From Candidatus Oxydemutator sp. (GTDB taxonomy: Bacteria > Pseudomonadota > Gammaproteobacteria > Poriferisulfidales > Oxydemutatoraceae), in NCBI GenBank assembly GCA_965203445.1, contig OZ241883.1, positions 1,760,001-1,824,000 of the forward strand: a stretch of DNA of 64,000 nt, in the 5' to 3' direction. Position 1 is the stretch's first letter; every line of letters starts with the position of its first letter. Below the pieces are notes generated by a model. That model was not told the DNA's origin, ran no database searches, and saw only the letters and a list, made by a program, of their open reading frames with translations. The translations under genes and the position numbers were made by a program. This document shows positions 50,111-58,450 of this stretch, one piece after another.

Positions 50111-50838
50111 TGCACAAAAAAATTCTCATCGCTTCCATTGTTCTCGTTGCTCTTGTCTTACAGCAGGGCGACGGCGGATCGCTGCTCGCGCCGCCCGCCG
50201 CCGCCGGCGAGAAGGAGATACGCGAAAGGCTGAAGCGGGCGCTGCCCGACGCCGGCGGACTTTCCATCGCGCGGACGCCGCTGCCGGGGATCTACCGCGT
50301 CATCCACGGCACCGAAGTTTTCTACGCGAGCGAGGACGGCAGATACCTGATGCAGGGCAGTCTCTATGATCTCGAAAACGGCAAAGACCTGACCGAGGCT
50401 AGCGCCGCCGAGATCCGCAAAGAACGGCTGGCGTCGCTCGGCAGCCGCATGATCACGTTTCCGGCGTCCAACCAGCGCTATGAAGTAACGGTGCTGACCG
50501 ACGTCACCTGCGGTTACTGCCGGCGTTTTCACAACCACCGGCGCGAGTTGGGCGACCTGGGCATCACCGTGCATTACCTGCTGACGCCGCTGTTGGGCGA
50601 CAAGGCGCGCAAGGACGCCGTCAGCGTCTGGTGCGCCCGCGACCGCAACGCCGCGCTGACCGCGGCCAAACAGGGGCGCGCGGTGCCGGAGAAAACCTGC
50701 GAGACGCCGATAGAGAGCAACCTGCGGCTGATGGAATCGTTCAAGGTGCGCGGCACCCCCGCCATCATCCTGGCCGACGGCACGCTGATACGAGGCTACG
50801 TCGAACCCAAGGAATTGCTGAGGCGGTTGCAGCGGTAA
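50110..50838 (+). CDS. dsbC: Disulfide isomerase DsbC
   Basis: Signal peptide, dimerisation region (YASEDGRYLMQG), CGYC active site and VRGTP cis-Pro loop. Confidence 0.92.
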   Translation: MHKKILIASIVLVALVLQQGDGGSLLAPPAAAGEKEIRERLKRALPDAGGLSIARTPLPGIYRVIHGTEVFYASEDGRYLMQGSLYDLENGKDLTEASAAEIRKERLASLGSRMITFPASNQRYEVTVLTDVTCGYCRRFHNHRRELGDLGITVHYLLTPLLGDKARKDAVSVWCARDRNAALTAAKQGRAVPEKTCETPIESNLRLMESFKVRGTPAIILADGTLIRGYVEPKELLRRLQR

Positions 50839-50882
50839 AACGGTTGCAGTGGTAAGAGACTTGTGTAGGGGCTTGTAACGAC

Positions 50883-52028
50883 GTGCCTGCAAAGCGGCTG
50901 TTCTTTACATCCCTGCAAATGCGCGGCTGGCGCAATTTCAAGGGCCCCGTCGACATGGACTTGCGCCGGCGGGTGTTCCTAATCGGGCCGAATGCATCGG
51001 GCAAATCCAACATCTTAGACGCTTTCCGGTTTCTACGGGACGTCGCCGCGGATGGTCTGGATAAAGCGGTCGCGGCGCGCGGCGGCGTGGCGCAGATACG
51101 CACGTTGCAGGCGACCAACCCTGCCGGCATTGAGCTTGCCGTCGAGGTGGGGAACGACGATGCGCCGGATACGTGGAGTTATCGGCTTCGCTTTCGCAAT
51201 CGTTCAAAGGAACACTTCCCAAGAGTCGACGAGGAGGAAGCCCGCCACAACGGCGCAGTCGTTCTTAAGCGGCCTGATGAGGAGGATAAGAAAGATCCTG
51301 CTCGACGTAAGCAGACGCACCTCGAGCAGATTTCCGCGAATCGTGAATTTCGCGGGCTGAGCGAGTTTCTGCAATCTATCCGTTACCTCCACGTCGTCCC
51401 GCACCTGGTGCGCGACCCCGAGCGATCCGTCGGCAGGCGCGACGATCCATACGGCGGCGACTTTTTGGAAACAGTGGCTGCCACCCCGGAAAAGACGCGC
51501 GACGCACGCTTGAGCAAGATCAACGGGGCATTAAAAATCGCAATTCCCCAATTTGAAAGCTTGCAGCTGCATCGGGATGATCGTGGGCGCCCACATTTGG
51601 AAGCCCGTTTCAACCACTGGCGGCACCGCGACGCCAAACAATACGAACCTGCGTTCTCGGATGGCGTTTTGCGCCTCATCGGGCTGCTCTGGTCTCTGGC
51701 GGAAGGCGGCGGGCCGTTGCTGCTGGAGGAGCCGGAGCTCAGCCTCCACGACTCCCTGGTGCGTCGCCTGCCCGGCATGATGGCGCGGATGCACGTGAAA
51801 TCAGGCCGCCAGGTCCTGATTACCACGCACTCTTCGGCCATGCTCGCAGACGAGGGTATCGGCCTCGACGAGGTGCACGTTCTGCTCCCCGACGATCAGG
51901 GTACCAAAGTCAAAGTCGGCGGAAGCGATAAGGAGGTTCGGGCAATGGTCGAGGAAGGCGGACTGTCCATCGGCGATGCTCTTTTGCCCAAGGCCGCCCC
52001 CAAAGGCGCTCACGATTTCGGTTTCTGA
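50883..52028 (+). CDS. ABC-type (AAA_21-like) ATPase of putative defence type
   Basis: Walker A GPNASGKS, FSDGVLR signature, Walker B LLLEEPE and ITTHS. Confidence 0.88.
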   Translation: MPAKRLFFTSLQMRGWRNFKGPVDMDLRRRVFLIGPNASGKSNILDAFRFLRDVAADGLDKAVAARGGVAQIRTLQATNPAGIELAVEVGNDDAPDTWSYRLRFRNRSKEHFPRVDEEEARHNGAVVLKRPDEEDKKDPARRKQTHLEQISANREFRGLSEFLQSIRYLHVVPHLVRDPERSVGRRDDPYGGDFLETVAATPEKTRDARLSKINGALKIAIPQFESLQLHRDDRGRPHLEARFNHWRHRDAKQYEPAFSDGVLRLIGLLWSLAEGGGPLLLEEPELSLHDSLVRRLPGMMARMHVKSGRQVLITTHSSAMLADEGIGLDEVHVLLPDDQGTKVKVGGSDKEVRAMVEEGGLSIGDALLPKAAPKGAHDFGF

Positions 52029-52035
52029 CGTATTG

Positions 52036-52206
52036 ATGGCCGGCGGTGGGAGGCGTGCCGTAACACTGGCGGTCGAAGGCACAGTGGACATGAGGCACTA
52101 CGTTCGAAAGCGATGGTTGCCAACGCGGGCATGCACTACGGCCCCCAGCCTTGCGCGCGCATTCATGCGTTGCTGGACATTTTCGCAACGGGGTTCATGG
52201 TCATAG
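52036..52206 (+). pseudogene. Truncated TOPRIM-like (DUF4276/RloB-like) partner of the ATPase
   Basis: Begins ...VTLAVEGTVD (TOPRIM strand plus EG..D) directly after the ATPase, then loses recognisable similarity and stops after about 56 aa. Confidence 0.5.
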
Positions 52207-52210
52207 ATTA

Positions 52211-52228
52211 TGGTACAATTTCATTGTA
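52211..52228 (+). promoter_or_regulatory. Extended -10 promoter with overlapping palindrome (putative autoregulatory operator) of the TA operon
   Basis: TG-G-TACAAT; TACAAT-ttc-ATTGTA is a perfect inverted repeat. Confidence 0.55.
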
Positions 52229-52262
52229 TTAAGCGATGACCATGGCTATAAAGGAGACACCA

Positions 52263-52715
52263 ATGTCCGTTCGACCGGGAAGACGGTATTGTCCGCGCGC
52301 GCGACGGCAGAAAGATTTCTGGGCCGTCGTCGGAATGCCTGCCCGCGGAAAAGAGTTGCACGATGAGTTGCATGGCGGCTTTTCTTATAAGGTGTACAAC
52401 AATCTTGCCGCTCTTTCAGGGTTGAGCAAAAAAGAACTGGCCGAGGCGGCGGTGATTGCACCGGCGACATTGCAACGCAGGGCCAGGGCGGGGAAATTCA
52501 ACCGCGACGAAAGCGACCGCCTGTACCGGCTTGCAAAAATATTGAAGGCGGCCACCGATCTATATGAAGGCGACATGGAAACGGCAAAGACGTGGCTGAG
52601 AAAACCCGTTCGCGGACTTGGAAACCGCAAACCCATTGACATGCTGGCCACGTCCGCCGAGACCGAGGCGGTGATGGACTTGATCGGGCGCCTGGAACAC
52701 GGAGTTTTTACGTGA
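52263..52715 (+). CDS. Type II antitoxin, Xre/MbcA/ParS family
   Basis: ATLQRRA...ESDRLYRLA...AKTWLRKP..GLGNRKPIDML...LIGRLEHGVF; RBS AAGGAG before ATG 52263. Confidence 0.9.
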   Translation: MSVRPGRRYCPRARRQKDFWAVVGMPARGKELHDELHGGFSYKVYNNLAALSGLSKKELAEAAVIAPATLQRRARAGKFNRDESDRLYRLAKILKAATDLYEGDMETAKTWLRKPVRGLGNRKPIDMLATSAETEAVMDLIGRLEHGVFT

Positions 52716-53174
52716 GTGTCTCTAACAATTTATCGTATCGTCACGAAGAAACGGCCGAACAAAGTGCTCGATGGGGAAGGAGCGCGACTGCTCGGCGGCC
52801 GCTGGAACAGCAAGGGAAAGAGGTGCGTCTATACGGCCGGGTCGGAATCGCTGGCTGTTTTGGAAGTGCTGGTTCATGCCGAACGGCCGCTGGTTTCAAG
52901 CCGCTGTCGTTTGTTTGAACTGCAACTGTCCGAAGAAGACGTTTTGCACCTCGATAAACTCCCGGACAACTGGCGTGCCGAACCGCCCCCGCCAGAAACG
53001 GCAGAGATCGGCGACGCTTGGCTCGACAGCAACGAGAGTCTTGCGCTTGCCGTGCCGAGCACAGTTGTGCCGAGAGAATGGAATTACCTGTTGAACCCGA
53101 AACACGATAGATTTGACTCGCTGGTGTTAAAGTCGAAACGTCTTCCGTTCGAGTTCGATTCCCGATTGTTGTAG
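52716..53174 (+). CDS. RES-domain toxin (NAD+-consuming, MbcT/ParT-like)
   Basis: IYRI, GEGARLLGGRWN, YTAGSESLAVLEVLVH, LAVPSTVVP, NYLLNP and FDSRL. Confidence 0.92.
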   Translation: MSLTIYRIVTKKRPNKVLDGEGARLLGGRWNSKGKRCVYTAGSESLAVLEVLVHAERPLVSSRCRLFELQLSEEDVLHLDKLPDNWRAEPPPPETAEIGDAWLDSNESLALAVPSTVVPREWNYLLNPKHDRFDSLVLKSKRLPFEFDSRLL

Positions 53175-53319
53175 AGCATCGGCTTTGTGCTGTATAAAGC
53201 CGGAAAGATACTGGAAACGGTTTTAAGCAAAAAAGAGTAGCCGATGTGCAAACAAAGCATGTCGGTTACCACATCAGAGGATTTTATACGAACCTCTTAC
53301 GCTTTTTCAGGAGGAGATC

Positions 53320-53610
53320 ATGCTTCAAATTGACATACGGAAAATGCTGTCCTGGTTCAGGGGTGGTGACTCCGACGAACCAGTCATGCACATCACTCCC
53401 AAGGGTGGCTGGTACACTGACGCAGACAAATTGTTGCGCAGCCCGAAAACGAAAAAGTTGGTTGAGGAGATGGAACCGATAGTCAGAGAGATAAAGAGGC
53501 GACAGACAAATCAGCCGGAGGTCGGAGATTCAAACTACTCCATAGGCTCGGTATATATACGCATAAGAACACTCATACAGTTTCGTATTGAATCCCCGCA
53601 ACCCTCATAG
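53320..53610 (+). CDS. Hypothetical protein
   Basis: 96 aa with a good RBS (AGGAG) and no recognised motif. Confidence 0.55.
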   Translation: MLQIDIRKMLSWFRGGDSDEPVMHITPKGGWYTDADKLLRSPKTKKLVEEMEPIVREIKRRQTNQPEVGDSNYSIGSVYIRIRTLIQFRIESPQPS

Positions 53611-53664
53611 ACACTTCTTGGTATTTCTTATGGCCTGACCTTCTCTCTAAAAATGAATCCCGAA

Positions 53665-54150
53665 CTATCGGTACGTTCGTAAGCTTACATTTTCAAAGTC
53701 GAAGGGCGTTTGTCCTTTTTGATCACATTCAGACTCCCTTAGAATCGGCACAAGCGTGACCGACTGCAACGGGCCTTTATCGCAAACGTGCTTCAGCGAT
53801 TGGGTGATGGGCACTACTATGCGCTGGCGGGTCAGCGGGTGCTGAGTCACCAGCGGCGCGCCAGGCATGGGCCGGGGCACATCGCAATGGCCGTCTCCGC
53901 CGAAGCAGCCACCGTGACCAAACACCGTGAATTTTCCTGCGTAGCCGGCGTCGGCAGTGCATTTTGTATCGCGGTTCGCTTGCTTGTTATTCAAGTAAAT
54001 CCTCACCTCATAGGAAAGCGTACTATGGTCAACTCCCATGAAGATCAAATCAGCACGAGAAAACCTCATCTCCCCACTTTCTGGCGACTTGAAGTTCAGA
54101 TCCACGTGGCGAACCCCGCTATTCACGCCTATCTTTTTTTGTGGCTCCAT
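53665..54150 (-). CDS. Tyrosinase-associated protein resembling a stand-alone PPO/tyrosinase C-terminal domain
   Basis: YEVRIYLN...YAGKFTVFGHGGCFGGDGHCD; RBS GGAGG; 11 bp downstream of the tyrosinase. Confidence 0.7.
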   Translation of the reverse strand: MEPQKKIGVNSGVRHVDLNFKSPESGEMRFSRADLIFMGVDHSTLSYEVRIYLNNKQANRDTKCTADAGYAGKFTVFGHGGCFGGDGHCDVPRPMPGAPLVTQHPLTRQRIVVPITQSLKHVCDKGPLQSVTLVPILRESECDQKGQTPFDFENVSLRTYR

Positions 54151-54161
54151 ATGACCCTCCC

Positions 54162-55082
54162 TTACTGGATGACTTGAATGGCATACTCATATCCGAGTCT
54201 ACCAATATCGAGTGTTTGGGCAACCGTCATTGGAAACGGCGATAATACCGTGTCCAACATGTGGTCCGGAGGATTCTGGCCATGCCCACTGTTCTGCCAC
54301 AGATACCAGAGGCGGTCTATCATAGAGTGATGAGACCAGAAAATCGGATCAAAGGCGGCGGTTGCCACCACCGACATGCTGCCACCAACCCATAGATGAA
54401 CGGCGCTATGCGGCCCATTTTCGAGGCGTAATGAGAAATCCTCAAACGTCGTCGCGGAGAGAATGGATTCGATGGGATCGTCGGTTGAACCACTCCACTT
54501 TGGTAGATCATCGTTGTTTCCCGGATTACGAACCGTGTATGGCGGATTTTGAGGAGAAACAGTACTGGGGCTTCTGCTGCGGACATCTCTCAGCAATGGT
54601 TCAGACCAAACGCCAAAGCTGATTGTGGAGTCGGGGGACGGGATACGGGCGCTCGCCAAGGGGTTGGGTTTGCCGCCAATACTCTGTTGTGCATAGGATT
54701 CCGGAATACCGTGCTGATGCGATTCGTCGGATGTCCAATCCCACCACGGCAACCCAGGATCATCCTCAGCAGGTGGTTTGACAATGGACAGGCGCGGCCC
54801 TAAGCGTCCTTGCATAGCCAACTCGTAGTAGTACAGGTAAGCTCTGTGCCACGGCAGAAAGAGTAGCGCTGTCTCACCAAGATGGTCTCTGCTATGTTCA
54901 CACCACTCTGGCAGAGGCAAGCCATGGATGGAGGCAAACCACGTATAGCTCAGATCATCGTGGCGTAGCACACGTGGATCTGGATCATCGTGGCGTCGCA
55001 CAAAATTGTTGAATGCCGACCGATATTTGGCAAGCTGTTTGGAATCGGTCTCCAACCCGCGAATGTTTTGCCGAACTGCCAT
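54162..55082 (-). CDS. Tyrosinase / type-3 copper polyphenol oxidase (core domain)
   Basis: VRQNI N-motif, CuA (SIHG, CEH, FLPWHRAYL), LPWWDWT, CuB (GPHSAVH, AAFDPIFWSHHSMIDRLW) and a terminal LGYEY motif. Confidence 0.92.
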   Translation of the reverse strand: MAVRQNIRGLETDSKQLAKYRSAFNNFVRRHDDPDPRVLRHDDLSYTWFASIHGLPLPEWCEHSRDHLGETALLFLPWHRAYLYYYELAMQGRLGPRLSIVKPPAEDDPGLPWWDWTSDESHQHGIPESYAQQSIGGKPNPLASARIPSPDSTISFGVWSEPLLRDVRSRSPSTVSPQNPPYTVRNPGNNDDLPKWSGSTDDPIESILSATTFEDFSLRLENGPHSAVHLWVGGSMSVVATAAFDPIFWSHHSMIDRLWYLWQNSGHGQNPPDHMLDTVLSPFPMTVAQTLDIGRLGYEYAIQVIQ

Positions 55083-55126
55083 GGAATCTGGATTATATAC
55101 AAAGGCTCATCAAATGTGTATGGGGT

Positions 55127-55155
55127 TGATCTTCTGCCTGAATTAAGGCCACAGC
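55127..55155 (+). mobile_element. Solo IS3-family terminal-repeat-like sequence
   Basis: tgatcttctgcctgaattaaggccacagc is 25/29 identical to 31163-31191. Confidence 0.55.
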
Positions 55156-55265
55156 CATTGAGAAAAATCCCATTGTATCAGGCCATTTTCTCAAAGAAGG
55201 TTCCAAATTAAGTGTTTAGTTATAATTATTTTGTGTTTTCGACGGAAAAATGTTATAAAGCAGTT

Positions 55266-56474
55266 ATGATTCATAGATTTTCTGTATCCAACTACTACTC
55301 AATTAATGAGGAGGTGGTTCTGGATTTGCGGATTCCGGGCACCGCCCCCGATTTGCCTCGCTTCAGGCGAAGCGAGGCAAAGCCGGATATTCGGTTGCCC
55401 GCCGTCGCCGTGCTTATGGGGCCGAATGGGTCCGGCAAGACGACATTGCTTCGCGCTTTGAATACGGTTGCCCAGATTATTGTTGCAACTGACGGAAGAC
55501 TGCTTGCCACCATTCTTCCCTTTTCAGCCGGAGATTCTCTGCACAAGCCCACGATGTTTTGCGTGGATTTTGAGGCTGCCTTGCTGGAGGAGGATACGGA
55601 TCACCGTGAGTTGTTCCGCTACGAAATTTCGATAAGGCGTGACGCTCGGGGCAGTCCCCCTGTTAATGCGATTTGCTATGAGGCATTGTCTCATTTTCCA
55701 AAGGGACGCAAGCGCCGTTTGTTTGAACGTGGCGGACATGGCAAGTCCATTTACGTTTCCGATGAGTTCGAAATCAAGCCTACGGACGACCGTCTGAAGG
55801 CGGTTCACCCGGGTGTTTCGGTAATCGCGATGTTGGCGTTTCTTAACGTGTCTCTGGCCACGAGAATTAACAGGGAAGTCGCTGAATTTCTGCTTGTGTC
55901 CAACATCCTGCCTGGGCACGACCAGGGGTGGGAATACCCGACCCAGGAAGTAGTGAGTATGATTGAGCAACACCCGGAATTAGAAGAGTGGATTAAACAA
56001 ACGATTCAGCGTAGCGATTTGGCGATTCATGACTTTTATATCAGAGACATCATGAAAGGTGGCCCTAAGCAGGTTTTTTTCAAGCATCATGGACTTGATC
56101 CGGATATTCCTCTGCCCTTCGAGTCCCGTGGAACAAAACGCTACTTTCATTTGTTGCCCAAGATTTATCATGCGTTGGATAGAGGCCTGCCTGCCGTTCT
56201 TGATGAGGTGGACGGCGACCTCCATATAGATCTCTTCGGCGATATTTTGCAAGGGTTCCGAGCGCAAGAGACCAATCCCAATAATGCGCAGATTATCGTC
56301 ACGTCGCACAACGTAGGTTTGCTCGACGACCTGGAGAAAGAGGAGCTTTTTATCGTCGAGAAGGGGAAAGACAGCGCCACTCGTGCCCAGGACGTGCGCG
56401 GCTTGCGCCGGGATGTTTCTTTGTATCCCAAGTACCGTGTCGGCGTGCTCGGCGGCATTCCGAAGATCGGTTAA
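55266..56474 (+). CDS. ABC-type (AAA_21) ATPase, RloA/AbiL-like
   Basis: FSVSNYYSI, GPNGSGKT, ESRGTKR, VLDEVDGDLH, AQIIVTSHN and a Y..GVLGGIP C-terminus. Confidence 0.88.
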   Translation: MIHRFSVSNYYSINEEVVLDLRIPGTAPDLPRFRRSEAKPDIRLPAVAVLMGPNGSGKTTLLRALNTVAQIIVATDGRLLATILPFSAGDSLHKPTMFCVDFEAALLEEDTDHRELFRYEISIRRDARGSPPVNAICYEALSHFPKGRKRRLFERGGHGKSIYVSDEFEIKPTDDRLKAVHPGVSVIAMLAFLNVSLATRINREVAEFLLVSNILPGHDQGWEYPTQEVVSMIEQHPELEEWIKQTIQRSDLAIHDFYIRDIMKGGPKQVFFKHHGLDPDIPLPFESRGTKRYFHLLPKIYHALDRGLPAVLDEVDGDLHIDLFGDILQGFRAQETNPNNAQIIVTSHNVGLLDDLEKEELFIVEKGKDSATRAQDVRGLRRDVSLYPKYRVGVLGGIPKIG

Positions 56475-56483
56475 GAAGTATAG

Positions 56484-57041
56484 ATGCCACGCCGTGCACC
56501 TCGAACGGTCGTTTTCGTCTGGGTAGAAGGCAAAAGCGACCAGGCTTTCGCCCGTTTTTTGGAACGTTGCTTCAATAAGGATGGTATGCGCTTACATTTG
56601 GATCCCAAGCAAGCGGGCGGCGGCGACACGCTGGCCGTTGTCGAGACGGCTATACGTTATCTGAAGAGACGCGGATCAAGAAATTATTACCACCAAAAAA
56701 TAGTGTTGCTGGACAAAGATCGCATAGGGGAGGATAAACGACATGGCCGCGACGCGCTCGCTAAGGCGAAAAAGCATCGTTTGAAACTCATTTTTCAAGA
56801 CCCGAACTTGGAAGGATTGTTACTGCGACTGCATTATGGGAACGAGCGCAAAGAGTATCAGCCGCAAGAAACAGAGAGAAAATTGAAGCAGTCCTGGTCT
56901 AAGTACGACAAGTCAAATTTGAGCGCAAAACAACTGTGTGAGCACTTCACAATCGCCGATGTGCACCGGGCGGCCAAATATGACCCGCAGCTACAGCGGC
57001 TTATCGCCATCCTCGAAGAGGCCGCTGCTAAGGCGACATGA
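56484..57041 (+). CDS. RloB-like TOPRIM protein
   Basis: VFVWVEGKSDQAF, GGGD, VLLDKDR and PNLEGLLLRLH; 9 bp after the ATPase. Confidence 0.8.
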   Translation: MPRRAPRTVVFVWVEGKSDQAFARFLERCFNKDGMRLHLDPKQAGGGDTLAVVETAIRYLKRRGSRNYYHQKIVLLDKDRIGEDKRHGRDALAKAKKHRLKLIFQDPNLEGLLLRLHYGNERKEYQPQETERKLKQSWSKYDKSNLSAKQLCEHFTIADVHRAAKYDPQLQRLIAILEEAAAKAT

Positions 57042-57093
57042 CGTTCCTCCTGCATTACAGGCACAGTCCTGGGCAAAGCGCGCCCTGATTAAA

Positions 57094-57164
57094 CCCTCTC
57101 CCTCCGGGAGAGGGTGGCCGCAGGCCGGGTGAGGGTGAGGGGATTGTGCTATTGCCCTCACCCC
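57094..57164. repeat. REP-like GC palindrome cluster (CCCTCTCCC/GGGAGAGGG type) between convergent genes
   Basis: Hairpins ccctctccc-tcc-gggagaggg (57094-57114) and gggtgaggg...ccctcaccc (57133-57163). Confidence 0.75.
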
Positions 57165-58450
57165 ATGCCGCATTCGTCCCATGCGGTTGGGTTTTCCAGC
57201 ACGGCTTTTTTGTCGTCGTCCAGATGCACCGGCAGAATCTCCAGCGCGAGCCGCGGGTGGGTTTCATACCAGAGGGAACGCGCTTCCGTGAATTGCCTGT
57301 TCCACGGATACAGCAGGCAGAGCATGGGCGCGCGCTTTTCCCGGGCCGCGTATCTTTTCCCGTAGGCATACAGCTGATACAGATCGCTCTGGCTGATTCC
57401 ACAATGCCTGTCGCGTGTGGCCAGGCGCTTCCATTTGACGTCCATCACCAGCGTCCGGTCTCGTTTTCTGGCCACGATGTCGGGACGGAGGCGAAACTCG
57501 GGCGCACCTTCGGAATTTTTCTCCACTAGGTGCAGGACGCTTTCCTGTGTGCGGACTTTCCAATCGGTCAGTTCCCGGCGCAGGCGGTGCGCGACATAGT
57601 TCTCGAAGATTTTTTCCATCGGAAACAGCAAAGCCACGGCCGGGTTTGGGCCGCGGCAGGTAGTCGGAGCGCCGTTTTCCAGGAACAACCTTGCCCACGG
57701 AAACAGGCGGGAGTACAGCGGCATCGTGCGATCCACTCTGGCGCGAATCAGATCGGCGGCGATGTTTTTCGACGCGGGGACGTCCTCGAGGCAAAAAGCG
57801 GCCTGTCGGATCAACGCCTGATTGCCGGGGCTCCGGCTGAGGTGCCGCAGAAGCGACAGCGCGGACTGCAACAGGCGATTGACCGGGCGGTTCGTCGAAA
57901 ATCTCTGATAGCGTACGTAAAACCGTTCCTGGTGCGCCAGGTTGCGGCGCAAGTGTTCGGTGAGGACGAGTTTCCCTTTCAGCGTGTACAGGTTGTTTTC
58001 GATTCCGCCATAGGCGCGGGCGAGGCCGCGGCCCGCCAGTTTCAGCAGGTCTCTCAGAAACATTGTGACGAAGCCTTCGAACAGCGGAAAGTTTTTCATC
58101 GCCTGCACGTCGGCGTCGCCCATGTCCCTGCAGGGGCCGTCGTGCCAGGTGCGGAGCATTTTCAGAAAAATCCCCCTTTCTCTGGCGGTATCGGACACGA
58201 CGCTGGCGGATAAGTCCACTTTCGGCAGGATTTCGATTGTGGTGCCGCGACGCGTTTGGATAACGCCGACGAAGTTCCTTGCCTTCAGAAATGGGCCGCG
58301 CGGCTCCAGAACGTATCGCCCTTTTTTCGATCCAGATAGAACGAAGTTGTGAATTTCGTCAAAATCCTCGCGGCCGATCCGCTGATCCGCTCCCTCATCA
58401 CAGCCGAGGGTCTCGAACTCGCGCAGCGTTATTGCTCTGTGGTTACGCAT
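57158..58450 (-). CDS. mcrC: McrC-like restriction endonuclease subunit
   Basis: NFVGVI...IEILPKV, FPMEKIFENYV, LRPDIV...MDVKWK and SDLYQLYAYG. The ATG overlaps the end of mcrB. Confidence 0.9.
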   Translation of the reverse strand: MRNHRAITLREFETLGCDEGADQRIGREDFDEIHNFVLSGSKKGRYVLEPRGPFLKARNFVGVIQTRRGTTIEILPKVDLSASVVSDTARERGIFLKMLRTWHDGPCRDMGDADVQAMKNFPLFEGFVTMFLRDLLKLAGRGLARAYGGIENNLYTLKGKLVLTEHLRRNLAHQERFYVRYQRFSTNRPVNRLLQSALSLLRHLSRSPGNQALIRQAAFCLEDVPASKNIAADLIRARVDRTMPLYSRLFPWARLFLENGAPTTCRGPNPAVALLFPMEKIFENYVAHRLRRELTDWKVRTQESVLHLVEKNSEGAPEFRLRPDIVARKRDRTLVMDVKWKRLATRDRHCGISQSDLYQLYAYGKRYAAREKRAPMLCLLYPWNRQFTEARSLWYETHPRLALEILPVHLDDDKKAVLENPTAWDECGMG

